64,000 nucleotides of DNA from a candidate division FCPU426 bacterium (GCA_963738405.1 CAVTWJ010000009.1:96001-160000); one strand, 5' to 3'; positions 41,456 to 49,990 are shown, counted from the first letter of the stretch. A program made the numbers and translations. The notes: generated by a model not told the origin, from the letters alone.

Positions 41456-41592
41456 GTTTATTTGAACGGGACCCTAATTTAATTCTCCCGCCTGAACCAC
41501 CGCCTGATGATGATGGGATTCTAGGCGCAAGCCCTATTCAACTTCCAGATCCACCTCCAGATGAAGACGGATATTTCGAAAAGAGCTTATAA
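41452..41592 (+). CDS. Micropeptide D, MSLFERDPNLILPPEPPPDDDGILGASPIQLPDPPPDEDGYFEKSL (46 aa)
   Basis: ATGA overlap with C, AGGA RBS, two motif copies. Confidence 0.7.
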   Translation: MSLFERDPNLILPPEPPPDDDGILGASPIQLPDPPPDEDGYFEKSL

Positions 41593-42111
41593 CAAGCTGA
41601 AAATTAAACTAATCGTCAAAGATATAATTAGCCCTACCAAACTTGAATACGCTGATAAATTTATTAACATCAGTTTAGCATCGTTACTTTGAATGCTTTG
41701 TTTGATTCTATCCTGGTGATAAAAAGTTATATAACCCAACATGACTTTCAGGGAATTTTCGTTACCTTCTAGTGTTGTTTTTTCTAACCACATACTCGGA
41801 TTGCTTCCTAAGGACCCATATTTATAGCTATGTAAAGAGACAACAATGAGAATCAAACTTAAAACAAAAAATGGTATTAACGATACTAGAAAATAAAACA
41901 AGTTCGGATGAGTGGTTTTAACAACGAATGAGGCGGAAATTTCACCAATTAAAAGAGTCAAGTAACCGTTGAATAAAATAAAGGCTTTCTGCTCTATTTG
42001 TTTTTTTGTTTCGATAACATCGGTTAGTTTTTTTTCCGCCTGATTTAAAGCTTCTCTAACAATACTCATGTTTATATGTTTTAAGTTTTTGATAGCTTCT
42101 TTGGTTAACAC
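41587..42111 (-). CDS. 3-TM membrane protein, loosely resembling Pycsar-type TM effectors
   Basis: GGAGG RBS and GTG start; helix-KA-TM-TM...N..K-TM layout. Confidence 0.7.
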   Translation of the reverse strand: MLTKEAIKNLKHINMSIVREALNQAEKKLTDVIETKKQIEQKAFILFNGYLTLLIGEISASFVVKTTHPNLFYFLVSLIPFFVLSLILIVVSLHSYKYGSLGSNPSMWLEKTTLEGNENSLKVMLGYITFYHQDRIKQSIQSNDAKLMLINLSAYSSLVGLIISLTISLIFSLL

Positions 42112-42175
42112 GACCTCCCCCTGAACAAGGTCACTAAATGTTTAGGGTTATGAAGTTTGGTAGAGTTCAACTTGC

Positions 42176-42820
42176 TCATTTATCAGCACCATGGGCAAGT
42201 TTTTTTAACGCGACTGATAGATCAATTACTTTGTTGTTCACTTTTTTTAAATCGCCAATCAAATGATGAAAATCTTTATATTGGCGTTGAATGATTTGTG
42301 GTGATAGTCCTGGCGATTTGGATCTTTTGTGTTCAAACCAGACTCTGAATTTTGCTTGCCATTCAGTTAGATGTGGTCGTAAGGTGTCATTCAAAAGGGA
42401 AATTAATACTTTTAGTAGTTTTTTTGCATCACCATCATCCGAAAGTTCTTCCACTGGGATAGTAACAATTAGCTCTCTGATTTTTTTAAATAGCTCATAC
42501 CAGGAATTGTAAACTTCAACTATCAAATCATGTTTTTCATCAAATGGTAATGCGGCCTTTCTTGTAACAATTTCTGCCCAAGCTACATGAGCAATTCTGG
42601 AAACTTCCGAGGTTCGTTTAAGTTTAATTTTTGAAGTCCCCAAAGGAACTTCAATCTCTTCAATTTTCCAATGCGAATTACGGTTTAAAAAAAAGTATTT
42701 AATAATCCACATAAGGAAAATTGTTCCCGTGATTAGAAATATCAACGAATTATTTAAATGAAATTTGAATCCATCACTCAGTGTGTAGGAAATGTAAACC
42801 AAATCATCATTAGTATTCAT
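42176..42820 (-). CDS. Hypothetical protein with N-terminal TM helix
   Basis: LIFLITGTIFLMWIIKYFF; ATGA overlap with the Nmad2 gene. Confidence 0.75.
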   Translation of the reverse strand: MNTNDDLVYISYTLSDGFKFHLNNSLIFLITGTIFLMWIIKYFFLNRNSHWKIEEIEVPLGTSKIKLKRTSEVSRIAHVAWAEIVTRKAALPFDEKHDLIVEVYNSWYELFKKIRELIVTIPVEELSDDGDAKKLLKVLISLLNDTLRPHLTEWQAKFRVWFEHKRSKSPGLSPQIIQRQYKDFHHLIGDLKKVNNKVIDLSVALKKLAHGADK

Positions 42821-43461
42821 TTTATTTCCGAAATGGGAAAAACTTTAGCATTTTTGAACTCTAATGGCATTCCTTTAAAGCCCCATCCGTAACTCACGTC
42901 TATCCATTTGATTATACTCTCTAAGAGTTTTGATGAAGGTTTTCGGTGACCCCTGGCTGAACAACAAATATCTTCTTTTGAAGGACCAAACATTCTAAAA
43001 CGTTTCAAGATTTTAGGGGCGTTCTCGCCGAAATAGACGAATTTATTTGAAACTAAAACACGATTAACGTTAGTGTCGTGCGTAATGTTTTTTCTGTTCG
43101 GTTTCCCTTTCTCTTTACTATGGTGCGAATCTACTTGATGCCATCGATCATTTCTAAAAAAATAAATGTTATCACCATACAGTTGTTTTAAACTCCCATT
43201 TAATTTAGGTCTTTTTGAAAAAAATCTAGGATCACGCCAGTAAGTATTGAAATCAAAAGCTTCTGTGACTTGCATTAAATAAATAATCTTCCCTGCGAAC
43301 CCATACCTGGATTTTGCGCCTGTTCCAATAATCCAATCTCCAATTTGAGCACGTGCTCTTATTTGTGGTTTGCAGGTCGCAAGCGTACACCATCCATAAA
43401 AAGGATTAGGAGCAAATCCATAATCACGGGCAACAATGTAAGAAAAAATATTTAAGGGCAT
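42817..43461 (-). CDS. Nmad2-family (nucleotide modification associated domain 2) protein
   Basis: SYIVARDYGFAPNPFYGWCTLATCKPQIR...GDWIIG...GDNIY. Confidence 0.85.
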   Translation of the reverse strand: MPLNIFSYIVARDYGFAPNPFYGWCTLATCKPQIRARAQIGDWIIGTGAKSRYGFAGKIIYLMQVTEAFDFNTYWRDPRFFSKRPKLNGSLKQLYGDNIYFFRNDRWHQVDSHHSKEKGKPNRKNITHDTNVNRVLVSNKFVYFGENAPKILKRFRMFGPSKEDICCSARGHRKPSSKLLESIIKWIDVSYGWGFKGMPLEFKNAKVFPISEIK

Positions 43462-43937
43462 GTGTATCTCTTGATTTGCCATTCAGGATTTCTGTCATTC
43501 CCAGATGCTGGATCTTCCCACTTTTGAGAATTTGTGGAATTTAAAGCATCAACAATCTGTTGACTTTGCCAACCAACAATTGCTGAATCGCCTAACTTTT
43601 GTAGCATATCCGGAATATTTGCTTCAGTTGCACCCTGAGCATAAACACCAATAACTCGTTTACCTTGAGAGATGGCATATTCAATTTCCCAATTAACCCA
43701 CCAGCTAGTATGTGTGTCCTTATCAATTAGAACAACTAGAGCACTAGCCCAATCAATTCTTGGGGCTAATATATTAGTTTTGATGTATTCAGGGTCTTTT
43801 GCTTCGTTAGGTTTTTCGCTATTAATAGAACCATCTCGAACATCCATGCCAGCTTGGCCAATTAAATCTTTAAGCTTAGGTAAAAGCTCGTCATTTTCGT
43901 GTATGTGAGAGATAAATATATTTTTGATATCGGACAT
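43452..43937 (-). CDS. TIR domain protein, DUF1863/ThsB-like
   Basis: IFISH, LVVLI..TH.S.WVNWEIEYA...KRVIGV with catalytic Glu. Confidence 0.88.
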   Translation of the reverse strand: MSDIKNIFISHIHENDELLPKLKDLIGQAGMDVRDGSINSEKPNEAKDPEYIKTNILAPRIDWASALVVLIDKDTHTSWWVNWEIEYAISQGKRVIGVYAQGATEANIPDMLQKLGDSAIVGWQSQQIVDALNSTNSQKWEDPASGNDRNPEWQIKRYTCP

Positions 43938-44048
43938 ATTTATTAATTCCGAAATAAAAAGTTATTTGAGATCCGTTTATATATTATGCATTTGTATTAA
44001 TTAATTAGCCACGAACTAAATATTAAAATGTAACAAATAATTAGAGAT

Positions 44049-45056
44049 TCAATGAGTTTTTATTACTTTGTTTGTGCGTTTCAACCAATGGAAAAAAAGG
44101 TTTTTAAATACTCCATTTGTACATTTTAAAATTGTTTTATTTGATAATTCTTGCCAACCTCGCCGTCTTGCCGCCTCAGCTGACAAAATGAATAAAATAT
44201 TTTTGTAAGCGATTGGTGCATTTGGCCAGTAGGTAATAGCCTCGTGTTTTCGCTTAGAAAGTTTCTCGCTAATAAATAGATCAATTTTTCTGCCTAACGC
44301 GAAAAATAAATATTCGGATTGTTTTTTATTAACGGAAATGTTATCTGAATTTCTAGGCGGCTTCCCTTTTTTACAAAAAACTTTATCGGCGAGGTACAAG
44401 TGGAGGCTATCGCTGATTTGATTGTAAGAACCTACTTTAAGTTTTAACCAGCCTGCCAATATTTCTTGAAGATAAGTAAATTGTATAAAATCATAAGGAA
44501 GACCGCGAAAAAGATCATTGCTCCTTAATACTTGCAACCATTCGAGTTTACCGTCTCTAACCTTTAATAAAGAAACAATATTACAAGGAACATCTTCATT
44601 TCTTGGAAGCCCTTTTACTTTAGGAAGGTCTAAATTGGAGTCCCAAATTTCTAAAACAACCTGTCGACTTATTGAATTAGATTTTAATGTTTGATAGGCG
44701 TTCTCGAGTTGATCTAGACCATTTCTTTTTCGGAGTCGAAAACCATATGCTCCGTATAAAGTTTTACCTGAGCCTGCAAAACTAGAAAGTTCTCGGTTCC
44801 AATAAGTTAAAAATTTAGAATCATTTCGGCCATTCATTGTCCAGATGACTTCGGCTAAAGCAAAAGCGATATTCAAAGTGGGTTTTCGAGAAAAAATCCA
44901 TCTTTGACGTGGATCTTCAATTACAAAGCCTGAATGAAGTATTTCCTTTGTTGGGCCAATTCTACTTGGGTGTCTTTGATATTTTTTATTATCATTGAAT
45001 TCGTTAAAGGCTTTTCGCCAAACAATATCAGCGGATTTCCCTTGGAATATTTTCAT
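44049..45056 (-). CDS. Thymidylate synthase-family (hydroxy)methyltransferase
   Basis: GAYGFR, SRQ, VPCN, RSND...GLPYD, SLHLY. Confidence 0.85.
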   Translation of the reverse strand: MKIFQGKSADIVWRKAFNEFNDNKKYQRHPSRIGPTKEILHSGFVIEDPRQRWIFSRKPTLNIAFALAEVIWTMNGRNDSKFLTYWNRELSSFAGSGKTLYGAYGFRLRKRNGLDQLENAYQTLKSNSISRQVVLEIWDSNLDLPKVKGLPRNEDVPCNIVSLLKVRDGKLEWLQVLRSNDLFRGLPYDFIQFTYLQEILAGWLKLKVGSYNQISDSLHLYLADKVFCKKGKPPRNSDNISVNKKQSEYLFFALGRKIDLFISEKLSKRKHEAITYWPNAPIAYKNILFILSAEAARRRGWQELSNKTILKCTNGVFKNLFFHWLKRTNKVIKTH

Positions 45057-45059
45057 TTA

Positions 45060-46055
45060 TCAAGCACCCTTTAATCCTTTTGAAATTAGATGATTGATTT
45101 TCCATTTAGGTGGATACCAAAAATGGATATTTTCTTTATTCATTTGATAGATCTGTTTAATTCTTTTACGGCCACTAAGTCCTTGGACTTCTGGATGTGC
45201 AACCCGAGAGTATTTATCAACTTCGCAAAATAAATTCTGACAATCAATATTCTTTAAAGGTCTACCCCATAGGGATTTAAAATTGATGTTAAGTCGCTCG
45301 AATTCTTCGTTTTGCACGTCAGTCACATAACGAATGATATCTGACTCGTTGTAATCATTTAAATCTTCAAAGCACTTACGGATACCATCAAGTGCACCTG
45401 GTCCAGGAACGACAAAATCATTTTCATCAAAATTAGTAATACAACTATAGTTAATATCAATCGTGAATTGATAAGCCAAAAAGTTACCAATGGTCGGGTA
45501 ACTTAATAAAATGGAAAATACTTCCTGCATTGATTTTGAGCGAGAAATATTATCAACGACACGCTCCTTCATTAAAAGTTCAATTAGTTTAAGATGATTT
45601 TTGTGTTTCTTAGAATAACCGAAATAACTTTTTCCTGAAGCCATGATATAAGCCCCGGAATATATTTTTTGATCTTCCTTTAGTGCCTTGGACAAAATCT
45701 TTTCATACATTTCGTATTTATAAGATGAAAAGCGAGGTTGTCCCAATTCCTTACAAAACAATTCCCAAGTACTGATTTTGTTAAATAATTTAAAAAGAAT
45801 AATCCTAAAAAAGATTTCTTTTGCATCAACCGGGCCTGAATAAATAACATTTTTAATTAAGTACTGACTAACTCTGTCAGAAGCACGATAGGCGTTAGTG
45901 AATTTATGTTTGGCGATAATTGGGTCGGAGGTCCATGGACTAGGTTCGTTATAAACTTTTTTAAAAAAAATCGACTGTCTTTCAGCCGCAAAAATCCAAT
46001 AAGTGTCAAATACCTTTGTGGGTTTAGGACGACTCTTAGTAGAAAAAGTAATCAT
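45060..46055 (-). CDS. 5-hmdU DNA kinase-like helical domain (aGPT-Pplase1 clade)
   Basis: YWIFAAERQ...PWT.DPI...KFTNAYRASDRVSQYLI, PGPGA, QNLFCE.DKY.R. Confidence 0.82.
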   Translation of the reverse strand: MITFSTKSRPKPTKVFDTYWIFAAERQSIFFKKVYNEPSPWTSDPIIAKHKFTNAYRASDRVSQYLIKNVIYSGPVDAKEIFFRIILFKLFNKISTWELFCKELGQPRFSSYKYEMYEKILSKALKEDQKIYSGAYIMASGKSYFGYSKKHKNHLKLIELLMKERVVDNISRSKSMQEVFSILLSYPTIGNFLAYQFTIDINYSCITNFDENDFVVPGPGALDGIRKCFEDLNDYNESDIIRYVTDVQNEEFERLNINFKSLWGRPLKNIDCQNLFCEVDKYSRVAHPEVQGLSGRKRIKQIYQMNKENIHFWYPPKWKINHLISKGLKGA

Positions 46056-46079
46056 TGTTTATGACCTGGAATTTGATGT

Positions 46080-46814
46080 TTACTTGGATGAATTAGTTAT
46101 TTGTTTAGTGAATGGAGTAGCTATCGGTAATGTTATAGAAGGCGTATTAGGCCGAGAAGATTTAGAACTTGTGATCGAATTAACTAATATTTCTGCTAAA
46201 ACTGTAACTGCAAAAACCAGCACGCCGAACCAGAAAAACTTTTTGATAAAATCGATCGTTTCTTCAACTTTAATCAATCGTTTATTTAATGCGGCAGGTG
46301 AAGCAACTTCACCTGCCATTCTCATTACATCTTCACTAGATATTTCCATCTGATCATATTTTTTGCCATCGTATAAATCATTTGTCTTTTGATCTAGCTT
46401 GGAAAACCAGATCAAAAATATTAACTCGCCACGCGTAAGAACAATATCTCCGCTTCCAGCGTTATAGACAGAAAATTTCAGTCTCCCCCTAAATCCTGGA
46501 TCAACGTGAAATCCAGAAACATTAACTAGGCCACGAAACTTTTTGTCGGCTTTGATTGAAATAAAGCCGATCATATCGGCTGGGATGGTTACGATCTCTT
46601 CTGTGAGAAGAAGAGCGAATTGGCCTGGGGGGATAGCAGTTTGCTTACCAATCTCGAGAAATTTCTTAACCTTATCCCCGGAAATATAGACTTCAGGTCC
46701 TAGGGTTAACTCGTATGCACCGCGTTTTATGTTTTTCGAATCAGAGCTACTAATTAGTTTCGGGAGGATTTTTTTAAGACTTTCAGAGCTTAAAAAGGAC
46801 ACTTTGGCTCCCAA
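46080..46814 (-). CDS. dCTP-deaminase/dUTPase-fold protein with C-terminal TM helix
   Basis: AYELTLG, FALLLTEE, HVDPGFRG; TM FFWFGVLVFAVTVLAEILV. Confidence 0.8.
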   Translation of the reverse strand: MGAKVSFLSSESLKKILPKLISSSDSKNIKRGAYELTLGPEVYISGDKVKKFLEIGKQTAIPPGQFALLLTEEIVTIPADMIGFISIKADKKFRGLVNVSGFHVDPGFRGRLKFSVYNAGSGDIVLTRGELIFLIWFSKLDQKTNDLYDGKKYDQMEISSEDVMRMAGEVASPAALNKRLIKVEETIDFIKKFFWFGVLVFAVTVLAEILVNSITSSKSSRPNTPSITLPIATPFTKQITNSSK

Positions 46815-46896
46815 GCAATTACGATGAATTAACGCGGCAAGTATAGCAGTTCTTAATATTGGTTAATATGTTGCAGGATTAGGGTTGTATTCGGTT

Positions 46897-47244
46897 TTAT
46901 TGAACCCACAACAGATCTCGATTTCTAATATTATCGAATCCCGTGAAGCTTCCAAATACACCATATTCTCTTTTGCCTCTGGCTTTATGAGCGTAAGAAA
47001 GCCATTTAATCTTTTCTCCAACCTTCAGGGCATAATCAAATCCAATTCGATAAAAGCCGGGTTCCATTCCGCGTGCTAAGTCTGTCCTTATCTCAATATT
47101 TCTGTCGTATCGCATTGAGCATGCAGGGTCGTTGTAATAAATGAAAATGCAATCCATACCATCCATGATTTCGTAATTATGAAAATATTCGTGAGGAAAC
47201 AACATTGGATCAATGGTGGGTAGTGAGGTATTAAAAAAGCCCAT
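46897..47244 (-). CDS. Hypothetical protein, paralog of 47265..47651
   Basis: Shared D.IF.YY.D, GM.PGFY...FDYA, E.G.F. Confidence 0.7.
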   Translation of the reverse strand: MGFFNTSLPTIDPMLFPHEYFHNYEIMDGMDCIFIYYNDPACSMRYDRNIEIRTDLARGMEPGFYRIGFDYALKVGEKIKWLSYAHKARGKREYGVFGSFTGFDNIRNRDLLWVQ

Positions 47245-47264
47245 TAAGTGCCTCTGTCAAGAAA

Positions 47265-47651
47265 TTACGCGGACCAGATAATAAGGTGTTTTGGTATTTC
47301 TCTGGGGGCCCTGACCCAAGGATGATTCACTCCCGAAAAAATCCCAAACTCCATTTTATTGTGATCGTGGTAAGCATGCAAAAGCGAATTAGGATCACCA
47401 TTTGATTCAACGGCGTAATCGAAATATGGCAGGTAGAATCCAGGTAACATGCCTAAGCTTAAATTCACTTTGACCTCGATTCTTCGCTTATAGGAAATCT
47501 GACCGAGTGAATCAAAGTCATTACCTTTTCTCGCATAGTCCCGGTAATAAACAAAAATAGTGTCTTCTCCTAAGGGATTTTGGAAACGATTGAAATATCC
47601 AACCGGATTTCCTTTTGGGTGTAACACTAATGAAGTTAGGTTGATTGCCAT
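47265..47651 (-). CDS. Hypothetical protein, paralog of 46897..47244
   Basis: Same motifs as the neighbour; GGGG RBS before ATG 47651. Confidence 0.7.
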   Translation of the reverse strand: MAINLTSLVLHPKGNPVGYFNRFQNPLGEDTIFVYYRDYARKGNDFDSLGQISYKRRIEVKVNLSLGMLPGFYLPYFDYAVESNGDPNSLLHAYHDHNKMEFGIFSGVNHPWVRAPREIPKHLIIWSA

Positions 47652-47747
47652 TTTTCCCCCCTGGGAACATTCACGAATGAATTTTAAGTTAGCAGGGCAA
47701 AATATACAGCCAAATTTAGTCCAAAGAGTTTGGGACATTGGACCAGG

Positions 47748-47797
47748 TGAAGGGGGTGTGCCGAGGATCGCCGAAGGCAGCCGAGGCCAGGGGGAAG
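47748..47797. repeat. GC-rich ~50-bp intergenic repeat, copy 1 of 3
   Basis: CCGAGGATCGCCGAAGGCAGCCGAGGCCAGGGGGAAG. Confidence 0.85.
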
Positions 47798-47821
47798 GCT
47801 TTCCACCAAGAGACGAGTCTT

Positions 47822-48052
47822 TTAACCGGAACGTCTTCTTTGTCTTGCATGAAGTTTCGCATGTGCGTTTGGGCTCATATTGATGAGATTGTTACGTCTG
47901 AAGTTTTTCGGATTTCCGTCTATATGATGCGTGACTTGATTCCCTTTGGGTTTGGCAACAGTTCTATGAACCAATAACCCGCTATTATTCCAGACAGGAT
48001 ATCCTTTTGGATTGTAATGAAACCTTCCCATGAATTTTCTCCTTTCACCCAT
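47822..48052 (-). CDS. Small HNH endonuclease (HNH_3-like)
   Basis: GY...VHR...HHIDGN..N...NL......H...H. Confidence 0.75.
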   Translation of the reverse strand: MGERRKFMGRFHYNPKGYPVWNNSGLLVHRTVAKPKGNQVTHHIDGNPKNFRRNNLINMSPNAHAKLHARQRRRSG

Positions 48053-48061
48053 GAACTTCGC

Positions 48062-48418
48062 TTACGCACTCAACCTTACATGTAGAAGCCAGACATCGAC
48101 CACCATGTGAAATTCATAATCATCTAAAGGCATTCCATGTCTGAGTTTGGTGGCGATTCGACGGTCAAAATCGGCATGCTCTCCCTTCGCCTCCGGTGAG
48201 GGCTCAACGATCTCGATGGCAAATTTCAACAGATCCCCAGTCAACCGTTCATTGCGAATCAGCTTCCTTTTTATTTGGCCACAGCGCCAGTTTCGGAGTT
48301 TGCGAGCTTCCTCCTTTTCGGGATTCCGAAACGCGCGCATGAAACAATCTTCCATGAACAAATCTTCTGGCCAAACCAATTCGAACGGTTTCTTTGGCTC
48401 ATTTTTCATAGGCTTCAC
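48062..48418 (-). CDS. Hypothetical protein
   Basis: 118-aa ORF co-oriented with island genes. Confidence 0.55.
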   Translation of the reverse strand: MKPMKNEPKKPFELVWPEDLFMEDCFMRAFRNPEKEEARKLRNWRCGQIKRKLIRNERLTGDLLKFAIEIVEPSPEAKGEHADFDRRIATKLRHGMPLDDYEFHMVVDVWLLHVRLSA

Positions 48419-48540
48419 CTTTCGGGTATTTGAGAATATTTAAACCCTGAGTGGGAGAACAAATAAAAAAATTATGGGTAGAAGTAATCAAAACTGTGCT
48501 GAGTGACACCAAACGGGGTTTTGTTTACATTCCCGTAACA

Positions 48541-48593
48541 TGAAGGGGGAGGTGGGCCGAGGATCACCGAAGGTAGCTGAGGCAAGGGGGAAG
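48541..48593. repeat. GC-rich intergenic repeat, copy 2
   Basis: CCGAGGATCACCGAAGGTAGCTGAGGCAAGGGGGAAG. Confidence 0.85.
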
Positions 48594-48599
48594 ACCTAT

Positions 48600-48824
48600 T
48601 TACCTTTTTCTTAAGGGGCGATCTCCTCTTCGACGGTCCGCCCATGCGGCCAGGTCCTCAGAAGGGAATCGAAGACATCTGGCTGTGAATTTAACAAACG
48701 GTATTGGATCGGCTTCCCAAGGGGACCTTGAAACCCAATGGTAAAGTGTCCCGGCTTCTACCCCGAGAAAATTAGAAGCCTCTTTGATGTTCAAATATCT
48801 CAAATTGTCCTTCGGATTTTCCAT
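48600..48824 (-). CDS. HTH_17/AlpA-like DNA-binding protein
   Basis: YLNIKEASNFLGVEAGTLYHWVS...IPFVK...LRF...DL..W. Confidence 0.8.
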   Translation of the reverse strand: MENPKDNLRYLNIKEASNFLGVEAGTLYHWVSRSPWEADPIPFVKFTARCLRFPSEDLAAWADRRRGDRPLRKR

Positions 48825-48860
48825 TTCATTCCTGATTTAGTGATATATCAGCGTATTGTT

Positions 48861-48903
48861 AGGGTGTGTTGAAATCACCAAAGGCAGCCGAGGACAGGGG
48901 GAA
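48861..48903. repeat. GC-rich intergenic repeat, copy 3 (more diverged)
   Basis: ATCACCAAAGGCAGCCGAGGACAGGGGGAA. Confidence 0.75.
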
Positions 48904-48924
48904 AGCGTTCCCTCCAATTCGCAG

Positions 48925-49908
48925 TTATTTTTCCAATTCGCGTTTAATCTCAGATAGGGAAAGCCGCTTACCTTGCCATTCCCGAATAAGTTTAACCTTT
49001 TCGACAGCCTCTAACGGATACAAGGTGTAACCCGATTCGGTATGGTCCGCCGGTTTCAAGAGCCCTTCTTTGGTCCAATGGCGAATAGTTGCGGTGCTTT
49101 CACGGGTCTTTCGGGCCAGGGCCCCGATCCGAAGCAGGGAAGTAGTATCCTGGGCTTCCTGAGCAGGGCTTTCCCCTTTTGCGGCTTTCAAGTAAATATC
49201 AAGTGACCGATCGATAATCCTGTACATGAGCGCTTCATAGTCTTCGATGCTCCCCCCCAACTGTGCTTTTTCTAACCCGTTTAAATAAGCCAAACGCTCA
49301 CGGGTACGGATGAAGGCCGGGGGATAACCTTTTTGCATTAAAAGCAGGTTCATCAAAAGCCGGGCTGTTCTGCCGTTACCATCGACAAATGGATGGATAC
49401 TCACCAGACGGTAATGCGCTTGAGCCGCCAACTCGGCAGGGTGTAGGTCGGTGGTCGATTTGAGCCAGGATGCGAATTGACTCATGAGTTGGGGAACTTT
49501 TTGGGCATTAGGAAGCACGACCGTGGAACCGGAAATTCTGACCATTAGGGTCCGGTACCTTCCGGCATTGGAATCGTCGATACCCTTAAGAATCATCCCA
49601 TGAAGTTCCAGGATCTCTTTTTCGCCTACAGGGTGCCTTGGACTGGAAACAACCTCTTTTAACCAATCCAAAGCCTTGGCATGGTTGGTGGCTTCCAAGT
49701 GTTCCCGCATCGTCCGGCCACCAACGGTAATCCCTTTTTCCAGGACAATAGCCGTTTCCTGGCGGGTGAGGGTATTGCCCTCAATCGCGTTGCTCGTATA
49801 AGTCAGCTCAACCCGGAACCATTCTTCCAGGTTCAGGATTAATGCGGGTTTAAGCGGACGTAAGGCGTCCAGGCGCTTCTTTTTTGTGTCGAGTTTGTTC
49901 CAGTTCAT
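48925..49908 (-). CDS. Fic-family AMPylase with C-terminal MerR-type HTH
   Basis: SNAIEGN inhibitory motif, HPFVDGNGRTAR, IGALAR...TIRHW..GLL...SGY. Confidence 0.9.
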   Translation of the reverse strand: MNWNKLDTKKKRLDALRPLKPALILNLEEWFRVELTYTSNAIEGNTLTRQETAIVLEKGITVGGRTMREHLEATNHAKALDWLKEVVSSPRHPVGEKEILELHGMILKGIDDSNAGRYRTLMVRISGSTVVLPNAQKVPQLMSQFASWLKSTTDLHPAELAAQAHYRLVSIHPFVDGNGRTARLLMNLLLMQKGYPPAFIRTRERLAYLNGLEKAQLGGSIEDYEALMYRIIDRSLDIYLKAAKGESPAQEAQDTTSLLRIGALARKTRESTATIRHWTKEGLLKPADHTESGYTLYPLEAVEKVKLIREWQGKRLSLSEIKRELEK

Positions 49909-49915
49909 GACACTA

Positions 49916-49944
49916 AGTATAAAGTGTAACGTTACGGTTTACAA
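49916..49944 (-). promoter_or_regulatory. fic promoter with internal palindrome GTAACGTTAC
   Basis: TTGTAA-17 bp-TATACT, 7 nt before ATG. Confidence 0.6.
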
Positions 49945-49952
49945 GATGGTTT

Positions 49953-49990
49953 TACTCAGTCATTGAGTATTTTTACTCAATGACTGAGTA
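49953..49990. repeat. Perfect 17-bp inverted repeat made of two TACTCA-N5-TGAGTA palindromes
   Basis: TACTCAGTCATTGAGTA-TTTT-TACTCAATGACTGAGTA. Confidence 0.9.

Noticed and set aside
41131..41592. CRISPR-like or tandem DNA repeat
   Set aside because: The repeats are conserved only as peptide, and their spacing is irregular
43452..43937. Canonical Thoeris
   Set aside because: No SIR2-SLOG or Macro-TM ThsA in the window
47748..48903. CRISPR array from the three GC-rich repeats
   Set aside because: Spacers are hundreds of bp and contain genes; no cas genes
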